The position numbers and the translations under genes were made by a program. Below are positions 39,520 through 54,834 of a DNA stretch of 64,000 bases, one piece after another. The notes beneath the pieces are model-generated. The model did no database searches and was not told the DNA's origin. It was given only the letters and a program-made list of their open reading frames with translations. The stretch lies in assembly GCF_009914755.1 (NCBI RefSeq), contig NC_060926.1; one strand, given 5' to 3'. The DNA comes from the human T2T-CHM13v2.0 reference genome, Homo sapiens. How positions within the stretch are numbered: position 1 is the stretch's first letter; every line of letters begins with the position of its first letter.

Positions 39520-42500
39520 ACTCAACTTCTTGTATTGAATTGCAAGTTGAAACAGTAAAGTGCACAATCTTGACTTTACAATGCAATGACTTTTTACAAA
39601 TGTATACACTCATGTAACTACCAAGGTCAACTTAAATTATTTCCAGCACCCGAAGCCCCTTTCTTCCATCTTCCAGTTAATGATCCCCATAAAATCAACA
39701 CCATTCTGACTTCTTTCACTATAGATTCATTTTGTTTGTTTGTGGACTTTGAAGAAAGAGAATCACAGTGTACCTAGCCCTTGGCATCTAGCTCTCTACT
39801 TTTTAGAGTCAAAATTTGAATTGAGTTGTAATATATAGCAAAGTGCACAAATAAGTATATATTATAGCTCTTTGAACTTTTACTAAATAAATCTATTCAG
39901 CCAACCAGCACCCATATCAATTAAGTAAAATATTTCCAATACTCCTGTATTCCTTATTCGTGTCCCTTCCAATCAGTTCTTCAATGTTAAAGATAACCAT
40001 TTTTCTGACTTCTAAGACTATAGAATAATTCGTCTTTATATAAGTGAGATCATAGAATGTGTCCACTTCTGCGTTTGACTTCTTTCACTCAAAATTATAG
40101 CTGGTAGAGTTATCCATGTTAATGTGTACAGTTGTAGTTTGTTTTTCTTTCATTTCTGTTTAGTATTTCATTGAATAATTATACCACCATTTAAGAAGTC
40201 AATTATATATTGTTTGAACACGTAGACTTTTAGCAGTGTGGGGCCATTGTGAATAGTGTTGCTAAGAATATTATTGTTTGTGTCTTTTTGTGTGAACATG
40301 TATATGTATTTCTGTTGGATATGTACCTAGTAGTAGAACTGTGCATGTTCATGGTTGGCAGATAATACCAAACAGTTTTCTAACATGGCTATTAATTGAA
40401 TGGATATTATCAAACAGTAATATCCATTAATTGAATGGATATTATCAAACAGTAATATCCATTAATTGAATGGATATTACCAAAGTTTTCTAACATGGTT
40501 ATTAATTGAAGTTTACACCAGCATTTTACGAAAATTTGAGTTGTTCTACATCCTTATCAACACAGTGGTGTGTGATGCTATTCTGAATAATACTTGACTT
40601 TAGGTTTTCGTTTCTTTCTAAGATACAGAAATGTAGTTGTTCTTGTGTATTGACCCCATGTCTGATGATATTGCTAAATGCCTTATGACATTTAGCATAC
40701 TAGTTTGTGGTAGATCCTTTTGGATGTTTTTATAATCACAACCAGATATTCTGTTAATAGTGATAATCTTATTTCTTACTTTTACATTATCCTATATATA
40801 ATACTAAATATGTGACAATACTAAATATCTTTTATTTTAAAATATTTTCATTACTTTTTTCCAGTTTTACTGAGTTGTAATTAACAAATAAAATTTATAT
40901 GTATTGACATATGTATATGCTGTGAAGCGATTAAAACAATAAAGATTAATATATACATTGCCTTAACTTGTTATCATTTTTCTTTTGTGGTGTGAACATT
41001 TAAGATCTTCTCTCTTAGCAATTTTTAAGTACACAACATATTACTGTTTACTATATTTGCCTTATTTCTGAATTCAAAGAAAAAATCTCTCAATATTTAG
41101 CATTAAGTATGATGCTTAGAGTAGCTGATCTGTAAATAATTCTTATCAGGTTAAGGAAGTTAATTTGTTACATATAACTGTAATTTGAAATTACTTTTCT
41201 TCTTTGGTTAGAAGTTTGGTCTGTATAGCATATCTTTTTCCATTTTTTTCCCCATTGCTCTTCGGTCCTTGTAGTTCTGTGTTTTGGTCTGGGGTCCATT
41301 TCTTCCTTCTTAAAAAAACTCTGTTTAATCTATCATTTAGTGCAACTCTGCTGATGGAAAATCCTTTCTGTTTCCGTTTATCTGAAAATTTACTTTTTAA
41401 TCCTTTTTTAGTTTGGTAAAATATACATAACATAAAAGTCACCATTCTAACCATTTTTAAGTACACAGTTCAGTTGTTGTGTAACTATCACCACTATCCA
41501 TCTCCAGAAATTTTTTATCATCTCAAACTGAAACTCTGTGCCAATTAAACAGTAACTCTCCATTCTCCCTCCCACAGTCCCTGATAACTGTTATTCTACT
41601 TTCTGCCTCTATAAATTTGACTATTCTTGGTGCCTCATATAAACAGAATCATACAATGTTTGTCTTTTGTCTGGCTTATTTTTCTTAGCATAATGTCCTC
41701 AAGGTTCATCTATGCTGTAGCATATATAAAAATTTCACTTCTTTTTTTAGGCTGATTAACATTCCATTGTAGGTATGTATGATATTTTATTTATTCATCC
41801 ATTGATAGATATTTGGGTTGTTTCTACCTTTTGGCTATTATAAATAATGCTGATATGAACCCTGATGTACAAATATATGTTCAAGTTCTTGCTTTCAATA
41901 CTTTTGGGGTAATTTTATGTCCAATTTTTTGAGGAGCTGCTATGATGTTTTCCACAGCTGCTGAACCATTTTACATCTCCACCAGCAATGTACAGGGTTT
42001 AATATTTTCCCATCCTCACAGACACTTTTATTTTTGTCTCTCTTTCTTTTTTTTTTTTTTTTGTTTTTAAACTGCCATTCTAGTGGTTGCAAAGTGGTGT
42101 CTCATTGTGGTTTTGATTTGAGTTTCCCTAATGATAAAAGACATTGAGTATCTTTTCATGGTGCTTATTGGCCATTTGTATCTCCTCTTTGGAGAAATGT
42201 CTATTCAGATTTTTTGCCCACTTTTTAATATGACTTGTTTTGTTATTGTTGTTCTTTCATAGAAACTCTTTATATAATCTGTATATTAATCTCTTTTCAG
42301 ATGTATGCTTTGCAAATATTTTATCCCATTTTGTGGATTGCCTTTTCATTATTTTGATAGTGTTCTTTGATGCACAAAATTTTAAAATTTTGAAGTCCAA
42401 TTTATTTATTTTTCTTTTCCTGTCTGTGGTTTTGATATATTCATTTTTATATGGATAGCTTCATTGGGTATAAAACTCCATATTGGTAGTTATTTCCTTT

Positions 42501-43465
42501 AATCAATTTATAGACAACATTTTATTGTTTTCTGCCTTCATATTTTCTGGAGGAAAATTCAAAGGGATCTGTTGAATTAATTGTTGCTCCTTTGAATGTG
42601 ATTTTCTTTTCTTGGGTAATCCAAAAATTGTTTTTTTCTCTTGCATATTCAGTTTGTCATAATTTGACTAGGTGTTATTCATTTTATTTACCCTGCCTGG
42701 GCTTTTCAGAACTTCCTGAATTGTTGCTTGATGTTTTTGATCAGATTTGGTAATTCTTAGTCATTACATCTTTAAATATGTCCCATCTTTCTCTCCTTTC
42801 TTTCTGCTTACATGTACATTATGCCTTTTTGCTATGCCTACATGTATCCTAACACTCACTATTTTCTGTATCTTCATGACTACTTCTCTTTATTCTTCAG
42901 TCATATATTTTCTATTGACATATTTCCTAGCTATTGACAATATATTCTGCTATTTGCAATCTGTGTTAAACTTATACATTGAGGTTTAAATTTCAGATAC
43001 TAAATACTTTTATTTCTAGAATGTTTATATAAATAGATTCTAATTGCTGGTGAAATTTTTCATTTTTATATCTATGTTCTTGTTCTCCATCTCTTCATCG
43101 ATTTTCATGAACAAATTATTCATATTTATTTGAAGGTGTTTGTCTGCAAGTACAATATAATGGTTATTATGGAGAGGGGGTAGTTGTTTCTATTTTCTAT
43201 TTTTGTTTTTTCCTGTGGAATTTTACTTGTAAGATTTTGTCTTTTAGTACACCTTGTAATTTTTTATTGAAATCCAATTTGTTTTTATAATATATTGTGG
43301 AGGCTATTAATTATGGTATATTTCTCCAGAAAAGGTTTACCTTTTCTTTGCTAGGATATAGTATGAGGCTGATCACTTTAAACCATTATAAATCTGAGTT
43401 GAGGCAAGACTAGCTCCCATTTTGATAAGGCTAATCTACCTCTGGTTTGTTCTTGTTCTTCTAGG
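39520..43465 (-). mobile_element. Cluster of nested old L1MA/L1MB/L1MC/L1ME fragments
   Basis: Several antisense L1M 3' ends (e.g. 41410-42430 L1MB-like tggtaaaatatacataacataaaagtcaccatt; 40860-41060) and ORF-region remnants. Confidence 0.75.
40366..40510. repeat. 35-bp palindromic tandem repeat inside a 33-35 bp flanking duplication
   Basis: tggatattatcaaacagtaatatccattaattgaa occurs twice exactly (40401-40435, 40436-40470). Confidence 0.9.
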
Positions 43466-43473
43466 GCTTTTTA

Positions 43474-46274
43474 TTGTTGTGATTTCTGTTCTTTTACATT
43501 TGTTGAGGAGTGCTTTACTTCCAATTATGTAGTCAATTTTACAATAAGTGTGAATGTGGTGCTGAGAAGAATGTATATTCTGTTGATTTGGGGTGGAAAG
43601 TTTTGCAGATGTCTATTAGGTCTGCTTGCTGCAGAGCTGAGTTCAGGTCCTGGATATCCTTGTTAACTTTCTGTCTCATTGGTCTGTCTAATATTGACAG
43701 TGGGATGTTAAAGTCTCCCATTATTATTGTGTGGGAGTCTAAGTCTCTTTGTAGGTCTCTAAGGATTTGCATTATGAATCTGGGTGCTCCTATATTGGGT
43801 GCATATATATTTAGGATAGCTAGCTCTTCTTGCTGAATGGATCCCTTAACCATTATGTAATGGCCTTGTTTGTCTCTTTTGATCTTTGTTGGTTTAAAGT
43901 CTGTTTCATCAGAGACTAGGATTGCAACCTCTGTTTTTTTTTTGTTTTTTTTTTTTTGCTTTCCATTTGCCTGGTAAATATTCCTCCATCCCTTTATTTT
44001 GAGCTATGTGCATCTTTGCACATGAGATAGGTCTCTTGAATACAGCACACTAATGGGTATTGACTCTTTATACAATTTGCCAGTGTGTGTCTTTTAATTG
44101 GGGGCATTTAGCCCATTTACATTTAAGGTTAATATTGTTATGTGTGAATTTGATCCTGTCATTGTGATGTTTGCTGGTTATTTTGCCCATTAATTGATGC
44201 AGTTTCTTCAAAGCATCAATGGTCTTTACAATTTGGCAGGTTTTGCAGTGGCTGGTACCGGTTGTTTCTTTCTGTGTTTAGTGCTTCCTTGAGGAGCTCT
44301 TGTAAGGCAGGCCTGGTGGTGACAAAATCTCTCAGCATTTGCTTGTCTGTAAAGGATTTCATTTCTCCTTCACTTATGAAGCTTGGTTTGGCTGGATATG
44401 AAATTCTGCATTGAAAATTATTTTTTTTAAGAATGTTGAATATTGGTCCCCAGCGTCTTCTGTCTTGTAGGGTTTCTGCCGAGACATTTGCTGTTAGTCT
44501 GATGGGCTTCTTTGTGGGTAACTTGACCTTTCTCTCTTGCTGCCCTTAACACTTTTTCCTTCATTTCAACCTTGGTGAATCCAATAATTATGTGTCTTGG
44601 GGTTGCTCTTCTCGAGGAGTATCTTTGTGGCATTCTCTGTATTTCCTGAATTTGAATGTTGGCCTGCCTTGCTAGGTTGGGGAAAATCTGGATAATATCC
44701 TGAACAGTGTTTTCCAACTTGGTTCCATTCTCCCCATCACTTTCAGGTACACCAATCAAACGTAGATTTGGTCTTTTCACATAGTCTCATTTATCCTGGA
44801 GGCTTTGTTTGTTTCTCTTTGCTCTTTTTCCTCTAATCTTTTCTTCTCATTGTATTTTATTAATTTGATCTTCAATCACTGATACCCTTTCTTCCACTTG
44901 ATCAAATCAGCTATTGAAGCTCGTGCATGTGTCACAAGGTTCTTGTGCCATGGTTTTCAACTCCATCAGGTCATTTAAGGTCTTCTCTACACTGTTTATT
45001 CTAGTTAGCTATTCGTCTAATCTTTTTTCAAGGTTTTTAGCTTCTTTGTGATGGGTTTGAACATCCTCCTTTAGCTCAGAGAAGTTTGTTATTACCGACC
45101 TTCTGAAGCCTACTTCTGTCAACTCGTCAAAGTCATTCTCTGTCCAGCTTTGTTCTGTTGCTGGTGAGGAGCTGAGATCCTTTGGAGGAGAAGAGGCACT
45201 CGATTTTTAGAATTTTCAGCTTTTCTGCTCTGGTTTCTTCCCATCTTTGTGGTTTTATCTACCTTTGGTCTTTGATGTTGGTGACCTACAAATTGGGTTT
45301 TGGTGTAGATGACCTTTTTGTTGATGTTGATGTTATTCCTTTCTGTTTGCTAGTTTTCCTTCTAACAGTCAGGTTCCTCAGCTGCATGTCTGTTGGAGTT
45401 TGCTGGAGTTTCACTCCAGACCCTGTTTGCCTGGGTATCACCAGCAGAGGCTGAAGAACAGCAAATATTGCAGAACAGCAAATATTGCTGCCTGATCCTT
45501 CCTCTGGAAGCTTCATCCCAGATAGGCAGCCACCTATATGAGGTGTCTGTCGGCCCCTACTGGGAGATGTCTCCCAGTTAGGCTACACAGAGGTCAGGGA
45601 TCCACTTGAGGAGGCAGTCTGTCTGTTCTCAGAGCTCAAACTCTGTGCTGGGAGAACCACTGCTCTCTTCAGAGCTGTCAGATAGGGATGTTTGAGTCTG
45701 CAGAAGTTGTCTGCTGCCTTTTGTTCAGCTATGCCCTGCCCACCGATGTGGAGTCTAGAGGCAGTAGGACTTGTTGAGCTGTGGTGGGCTCCGCCCAGTT
45801 GGAGCTTCTCCGCGGCTTTGTTTACCTACTCAAGCCTCAGCAATGACAGACTCCCCTCCCCCAGCCAGGCTGCCACCTCACAGATCAATCTCAGACTGTT
45901 GTGCTAGCAGGGAGCAAGGCTCTGTGGGCATGGGACCCACCGAGCCAGGCATGGGAGAGAATCACCTTGTCTGCCAGTTGCTAAGACTTTGGGAAAAGTG
46001 CAGAATTTGGGTAGGAGTGACCCATTTTTCCAGGTAGTCTGTCACAGCTTCCCTTGGCTAGGAAAAGGGAAATCCCTGGACCTCTTGCACTTCCCAGGTG
46101 AGGCGACTCCCTGCACTGCTTCAGCTTGCACTCCATGGCTGCACCCACTGTCCAACCAGTCCCAATGAGATGAACCAGATACCTCAGTTGGAAATGCAGA
46201 AATCTCCCGTCTTCTGCATTGATCATGCTGGGAGCTGCAGACTGGAGCTGTTCCTATTCGGCCATCTTGGAACA
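43474..46274 (-). mobile_element. L1PA (about PA5-8) 5' half: 5'UTR, ORF1, start of ORF2; 3' part missing
   Basis: ORF1p KRPNLRLIGVPESDGENGTKLENT (44427-44780). EN fragment (43539-43853). 5'UTR ending at YY1 site gccatcttg (46261-46269). Confidence 0.95.
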
Positions 46275-47867
46275 CCAATAATGACAAATTATTACATTCA
46301 CTTTTTTAGCTACATCAAAATTATGAATAATTAGAATGAAATTGTCTTATAAATTTTGATATCTTCTGTAATGGGGATTGGTATCTCAAGTTACCATATT
46401 GCTCCAGGTACAGTTGACAGACTTTCTGCCTCCTGAATCAAACATATATCTCAAGGCATGAAAGCCTCTGAGAAAGGGAAAAAATTACCTTTGGAAAGCC
46501 CATGCAGTTTGCTTTAGAGAAAAGAATTATGCTATCACCTCAATTTTATACACAATGTCATGACCCATTCTTGTAATGCTTAATCCTTGCTAGTTTCAGC
46601 TATCTGGAATATAGTTTTACGTATAGAAACAAATAAAGGTTGTTCTGAACAGAGAGCTATAATATAGTACATATTTTATTTTTTTCTAGAGAGCAATAGA
46701 ATCTTCTTCAGATCCATAGTATTGATCTAGGATCATGTGTGATGTTAGCTTCCAACTCCATAAACTGAACTGTCTAGTTTTTCCTTAGGGAATGTCTGAT
46801 CTTGTTAAGTTGCAACTAATTAAAAATTAGGGAGAAGTCAGTGAAAAGTATGAGGGTTTGTAGAATCAACATATAGAGAGTGGACAGATAATCTCACAGA
46901 AAGACACAGAATAAGACCTGAAAACTGGGGACACAAGAAACAGAGCCAAAAAGCCATTCACATGACAGCTGTTCATCCTCTTCATCTTCCCCACTGTCTT
47001 ATATAAGAGAAAAATACATATTTTTTTCTAAGAATGTCCTCATAGCCTGAAGAAAAGTTGAATTATGTTTCTGTGTTCTATTTATTAGGTAATATTTTAT
47101 TTTTTGTATCTTTTATATGGTTTTATGTCAGTTCATATATGCTGAATTCCTCATTTCAGTGGGATATGAATTAAATGAGATGTTTTTTATTGACTTCTTT
47201 GGGGTGAGTGTATAAGGAGAAAAAAGGAAGAAAAAGGCAAAAGTACTTGGGTTAAATGACTAGGACTGTTCAATTTGGGTAGGGCCCTCATGCCAGTATT
47301 TAGTTAATTTATTTTTCTGCCACTGTAGACAATGTCATAAAGGATTTTTTTTCTTGCTTTCAAGGATTTTTGAATCAATATGTTACATTTAAAGTTCTTT
47401 TTGTGCTTTGTTAGCATCAAGGTGATGTTTTCATAAATTAGAATGTTGGAGATGATAGCTGTTTAGTTCCCTTTTTTTTGAAGGTATTGTTTATTACTGT
47501 TAAGGAGATAATACATGCCCTGCACATTCCTCAGATGAGCTCATCTGATGTAAAATACAATGTTCCCCGTATCTTTTGTTCCCTGAATAACTCTATGATT
47601 TAAATGAGTGACTCAGAGGCAGAGAGGAAAGGAAGGAAGGGAAAGTACAATTTAAAAAATAACTACTTAACTCCTACTTCAACTTCAGTTCCTTGTTCGA
47701 TTGTTTCTTTCTCAGAAAGAAACTTCTCTCCTAATTTATTCAGTTCACATCCCCCTATGAGAAAATATCATAGCACCATGGACTTTTCTTCTTGGGTTTT
47801 GTTACATTGCAGTTTCACTTTTTTTCAATGCCTTGTCAGTAGTGTCAGTCTCTACATCAGTCTAGGC

Positions 47868-48315
47868 TGTATGGCAGATAGACTTTAAGATGGACCCAAA
47901 GACCCCTGCTTCCTGGTATTCATGCTCTTGTGTAGTTCTGTTTCCTTGAGGGGCTGCTTCTATGAGATGCTTCTAAGCAATACAATATGGCAAAGATGAT
48001 GATCTGTCATTGTTATGATTATGTTATGTATGTTTGTAACTTCTGTCTTGTTAGCAAACTCTCTGCCATGCTGGCTTTGATGTACAAGTTGTTATATTGT
48101 CAGCTACCCTATGGATAGGCTTATCCAAAAAGGAACTGAAGAGAGCCTCCTGCTGACTGCCTGCAAAGAACGAAGGCCCACAGTCCAAAAACCTACAAGG
48201 AACTGAATCTTTCCAACAACTGCTTCGATGAACTTGGAAGCAGGTCCTTCCCCAGGCAAGTTTTCAGATGAGACCTCATGCTGACTGACACCTTCATTGC
48301 AGCCTTGTGAGAGAA
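47868..48315 (+). mobile_element. MLT1E/F-like LTR, partial
   Basis: gactttaagatggacccaaagacccctgcttcctggtattcatgc...caaggaactgaatctttccaacaac. Confidence 0.75.
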
Positions 48316-48985
48316 GGGGAACTATGTATGAGACAAAAAGTGAAATATTTAAAAAGCACCAAGCATTTGATATAAATATATCTTCAAGTCAGACTGGAAT
48401 GTTAGTCAGGAATAAAAGGTGGAATAATAAGGGTATTCTCCTCTTTCCAGACCTCATGATGCCTACACAGAGCTCAGTTATGCCTATTCTTTCATTTGCT
48501 ATTCTAACCTCATGACGAGGGGTCTTAAAGAGAGGTGAGGAGGTAAAAATGAAAAGAATGGAATAATCCTAATACTATGGTTTGGGGGCCCTCTTCTGGG
48601 TGGACTGTGGGGATTTCAGGAGCCTAGATTGCTGCTGAAAGAAGTGCCCAGGAAAAACCATTCATCTACCTGCTGAGATCTCCCTTCCTGCCTGTCCAGC
48701 ATTCTTAGTAGCAGATGGGACAGCCTCAGCACTATTATTAATAGTGAGAACTATTATTTTCACTATGAGACCTGCCTGCTCTGGATACAGCTTAGCAATT
48801 TTCAAATTCTCTCTCCCACAATCTAGTGTTACAACCTCCTACCTCTTTTCACCAGGAACCACGTCCTGCAGGGGTCAGTGAGGACAAATTAACTTTGCAT
48901 TCGAGTGGCCTAGAGCCTTCTCCATGGTTCCATTCTCTTAAACACTGGGGTATGCTGTGCCCTTTCTTGAACTCTCCCTTTAGTG

Positions 48986-49051
48986 ATTCAATTCAATTCA
49001 ATTCAATTCAATTCAATTCAATTCAATTTGATTCGATTCAATTCAATTCAA
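48986..49051. repeat. (ATTCA)n pentanucleotide microsatellite grown from an L2 tail
   Basis: About 13 units directly abutting the antisense L2 end aatgtttactgagcacctact. Confidence 0.9.
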
Positions 49052-49940
49052 AATGTTTACTGAGCACCTACTCTATGTTGGCTTAGTTTTAGGTATCTTG
49101 AATATATTTGAGAATAAAGCAAAAAACAAAGACAAAACCCAAAAAATCTTGCCTAAGCAAAAGCAGCGTATTTTCATGTATTTATTTACTTTTTTTTTTT
49201 GAGACAGTGTCTTGCTCTGTTGTCCAGGCTGGAGTGCAGTGGCATGATCTTACTTCACTGTAACCTCCGTCTCCCGGGTTCCAGCAATTCTCCTGCCTAA
49301 GCCTCCCAGGTAGCTGGGATTATAGGCATGTGACACCACGCCTGGCTAATTTTTGTATTTTTAGTAGAGACAGGGCTTCACGATGTTGGCCAGGCTGGTC
49401 TCGAACTCCTCACCCTCCTCGGCCTCACAAAATGCTGGGATTACAGACATGAGCCACCGCGCTCAGCCAAGCAGCTTACTTTCTAGTGAAATGTCTAGAT
49501 AATAGATATACTCAACAACTTCAGCAAATAGAAAGGGTAAGAGTGATAGAGAATTAGTAACATTAGACAGTTTGAAATATTAAATAGGGCGCTTCAGATA
49601 AGTCTCTCTGAGAAGAAAGAATAGAGCAAATAGTTTATAGCAGTTGGACAGACAGGCATGTGGTTTCCTGGGGCAAGAGTGGTTCTGATGCTGTGGAGGC
49701 CCTAAGATGTCCTGTGTCTGGTATTTTTGAGAACAAAAAGGAGACGTGCCTGCCGGGAACAGAGGAAGTGAAAGAGAAGGTGGTGAGTGATGAAGTCAAA
49801 GAAAGGAGCAAAGCGGCAGACACGACATGTTCTCACAGGTGATTTATTCCTGGTATTTACTCTAATGAAACGCAGAGCCAGTGCAGGGTTCAGAAAGGGG
49901 AGCGTGACATGCACTAATTCACATTCTAAAAGGATGACTC
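49052..49940 (-). mobile_element. L2, interrupted by an Alu
   Basis: Antisense L2 3' end and body motifs. Confidence 0.65.
49176..49468 (-). mobile_element. AluS
   Basis: Antisense Alu. TSD aagcagc(g/t)ta(t/c)tttc (49161-49175, 49469-49483). Confidence 0.95.
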
Positions 49941-50532
49941 AGGAAGGCATCCCTCTGTGCTGTCTGCCCTGGTCTCTGAAGAAGCCTGTTTTACTACCTT
50001 GTCCACCAGGGCTGCAGGTAGATGTCCATGGGCCCCGCCCGCAGTCTTGACCACCTGGGTCTCTTGTCCTCAAATGATGGACATGTCCACCTCCACCAGG
50101 CCCTCACAGCCACCACCTTTGCATTCTTCAAGGTGTCTGTTTCTCACTAAGTCTCAACCCAACCATGTCCATCGCCAGGCTCCTTATTTGTCTTGGGCAT
50201 GGCGTCTTTATTGCTGCTCACCCCACAGCTCCCAAAGGTCCCCATCTCCCTTTCATCTACCTGCATTTTTCCCCACACCTTCCAGGTGAGGCTCATGCTT
50301 CATCTCCAAACACCTAAGGCCACAAACCACATTGAATTTTTTCCAGATTGCTTACACATTTTAATGAGACCTCCTTAGCTCAATTGTAAGTTTCCCTGAT
50401 CCCAGCATATAATATGCCCCACACTGCCATCTTTGTCCATCAGTATTTATGTGTCTCAGGTGCTGTGCTACACACTACAGATAAAAGGTGAGAAAAAAAC
50501 CACACAGACACTCTGCTCAAAGGGTTACTGCC

Positions 50533-50655
50533 TATATTAATTATTTATTGCTGTGTAACAGGTCACCACAGACAGTGGGTTTTTTAAAAATTTATTATTT
50601 CATGGTTTCTGTGCGTCAGGAATTTCAGCATGGCTTAGCTATGTCCTCAGCTTAT
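50533..50655 (-). mobile_element. MLT1 LTR 3' fragment
   Basis: tattgctgtgtaac...tcatggtttctgtgcgtcaggaatttcagcatggcttagct. Confidence 0.65.
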
Positions 50656-51397
50656 TAACCTTCTGTCCATTTCCATTTTTCCATATAAGACCTTATGAAA
50701 CAATTACATATAACTTTTTAACAAAATGTCTGTGAAACATATTATCTCTAATTTTCTTGAATGACAAATTGATTTTCTTGACAAGAAAGTGGGATTAATT
50801 CTTGTCTCATGCCATTGGTAAGGAGAAAAAAGTTTAACATCACATTGTCTTTGATAGAAATATTAACTGATACTCTCACGAATGATCCTTGGACATACAG
50901 ATATGAATTAGATACATGCCCTAATAAACATATGTGTAGAAAATAAAAATGTTAAGATAAAGGCCCATGCTAGTAAAAGATCTTATATATGAAACACTAA
51001 CTTGATTACATTTCAGATAGTGTAAAAGGCCAATCCACAGTCCATATAAACTTACAGGTTGAGTTTTATTTGATTATTGAAGTTGTAGGACCAACAGAAA
51101 GAGAGTTCTAAATTTTGTGTTTATTGACTTTAGCAAGTCCCTGGGTCTGTTACACCTACTGTTTAGTTCCCAGTCAAGTATAAGGTCCAATATTTTAAAA
51201 TTCAATATTTGAAATATTGAAAATATTTGTTTGTGTACACACACAGACACACATGCATACCCATACACACAAAAGATAGCATACATTGGACCCATTTGAT
51301 CACATTCTTTTATGGGGATTGAGTTTATCAATCTTAGCACAACCCAACACAACTGGCTGGGTTCAGGCCTCCTGAGTAGTTTCCCTGAGCTGAATGG

Positions 51398-51822
51398 TAT
51401 ATGAGTTGCTTAGGGTTGCCATGGCAGCATTCTACCAACTGGGTGGCTTAAACACCGGAAATGTATTGCCTCTCAGTTCTGGATGCCACAAGTCTGAAAT
51501 CAAGGTATCAGTAGGGTTGGTTCCTTCTGAGGGCTGTGAAGGAGAATATGTTTCATGCCTCCTCCTGACTTCTGGTGGTTTGCTGGCAGTTTTTGGCATT
51601 TCTCTGCTTGTACAAGTGTCACCCTGATCTCTGCCTTCATGTCCACATGTCATATCCAGTCAGACTGGATCATCTTCCTACTCCAGTATGATAACCTCAT
51701 TTCAGTTTAACTGATTACATCAGCAATGACTGTATTTCATGTAAGGTCACATTCAGAGGTTCTGGGGATTAGGGCTTCAACGTAATAATTTTGGTGAGGG
51801 TGACACAATTCAATCCATAACA
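51398..51822 (-). mobile_element. MLT1C-like solo LTR
   Basis: caactgggtggcttaaaca...aagtctgaaatcaagg...gacacaattcaatccataaca. TSD aatgg/gatgg. Confidence 0.85.
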
Positions 51823-52021
51823 GATGGGTTCATGGGGAAATGAGATGCTTGAGTAAAATAGTTGCTTGGATGTATTGAAATGGATTTGAATAAAACAAAC
51901 TCATTCCATTTTTTTAATCCTAAATATTAAATCACAAACTATGAATGCTGGAGTTAAACAAATGGGGGTAAGAAAAACTTTATGCATATTTTCTTTTATC
52001 CACATTGAAATATTAATAATT

Positions 52022-52125
52022 TCTTTTGTTTTTTATTATTATACTTTAAGTTCTAGGGTACATGTGCACAATGTGCAGGTTTGTTACATATGTATACATG
52101 TGCCATGTTGGTGTGCTGCACCCGT
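52022..52125 (-). mobile_element. Young L1PA 3' tip
   Basis: ttattattatactttaagttctagggtacatgtgcacaatgtgcaggtttgttacatatgtatac. Confidence 0.9.
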
Positions 52126-52208
52126 TATATATATAATTTTTAAAACTTAAGGATTCAACACTATTTGATATAAAAGATAGCCTCTGGCCTCACTCTTTCA
52201 GGTATGTC

Positions 52209-53040
<832 letters not shown>

Positions 53041-53256
53041 CTCTCAACCCAGACTGCATGCATCTATCTACATAATGCTTAGCACAGCCCTCTGTACACA
53101 GTAGGTTCTGTATAAATAATTTTATAAATATTCTCAAATATGAATCACAAAGTTGTTTCAGTAAAACAGAAATTGTACCAATCTGGGTTTTGTGCATTGG
53201 TAGTTTTCAGGATAAACTAAGCATGTTTAGAAATCTGAATTTAAGTTCTTCCTGGA

Positions 53257-53564
<308 letters not shown>

Positions 53565-54834
53565 TCCCTGGCTTCTTAAGTGGAGGAGCTGTGTCTCCAT
53601 TTTGCTTGGATCAGTGCTACCAATACAACTATACATGTTTGGCCTCACAGAAAATATGTTTCTGTTAAGTTTGTCAAATTTAATAGTTATCCCTATGTCC
53701 TGGGTGAGTCTTTCACTGAGGGATGAGACAGGAGAGTGGACTTTGTTTTGAAGATGGGAGCAAGGCCTTTGGGGTCAGCAAGGGATGTTGGGCAGTTTGA
53801 CTGAGTCGTTTCAATATTTTATCAGGTTCCCTAGTGAGTCAGCCTCAGTCCGAATATCAGAGGCAGGTGGGAAAAATTATAATAGGAGAACTTTCTACAA
53901 TGAGAGTACAGGGCTCACAAGGAGACCCGAAAAGTAGCCAGCATCTCCGCAGGAGAAGAGGCCACTGCAGAGAAAAGCAAGCAATGATGTTCCCACTGAG
54001 AAAATTATAATGTTGAGACCCTAGCCAAGGTTCACCAGGGTATTTCCCAGCAGCCAAGGAATATTGACAGAAAGGGATAATTTGTTATTACCTCAATGAG
54101 AGCCTAGTCGATTTTCCTCCCTCACTGATTTTTCCTCGAGGATGGCAGGTAATAAATATGTGGCAGCCTTATGAAATAAGAACAAGGTGATCAGGTGCTT
54201 TTAGTAGCTTTTTGAAGGGTCCTTTCTCCTGCTATTTTTTTGTCTCGTATTTTAATATTATCTTGCCACCTATAGTTCTTGGTGAAGAAATGCAAATCCC
54301 ACAAAACAAAAAAAATGAGGGGCTGAAATAGTTGACTCTAAAGCAGCAATGTTAATTTTCAGAAGAGCATTTTTTTCTAGTGACTGCTAAAGTCCTCTTT
54401 GTTTTATCCTTGTCATATTTAAAGATTTATTTTATTCATTGATGAATTAGTCAGTGATGAGCTAAGTATCATAAAAAATAACAGAAAGCATAACTCAACA
54501 GAACAACACATACATTTTTTTCTCTGTTCTCCATTTCAAAGAAAAAAATGACCACAAAACAGGTTGACATCAGTATACCATTTTATTTAAAAAAATTTTT
54601 AAAACCACTTTTGATGTCTGCTCTATTGCCAGCACAGAAAGTAGAGTTCATAACAAGGCATCACATTCTATATACATTGGAGATATATATTTAAAATAAT
54701 GACCCAAAGCCACATATAAGATCTTCAAATAAACAGCTAAGATAGACATTTTTTCTTTACTCATGCATAATAGAGAAGTAATGGAGAGTAGTGCATTTCA
54801 GAGGGACATTTTTCATTAAAGGTGAAGTTAAAGA

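Noticed and set aside
40401-40477. 35-bp palindromic repeats as a CRISPR-like array
   Set aside because: The units are directly adjacent with no spacers, there are only about two copies, the context is eukaryotic L1 sequence, and no cas genes are present.
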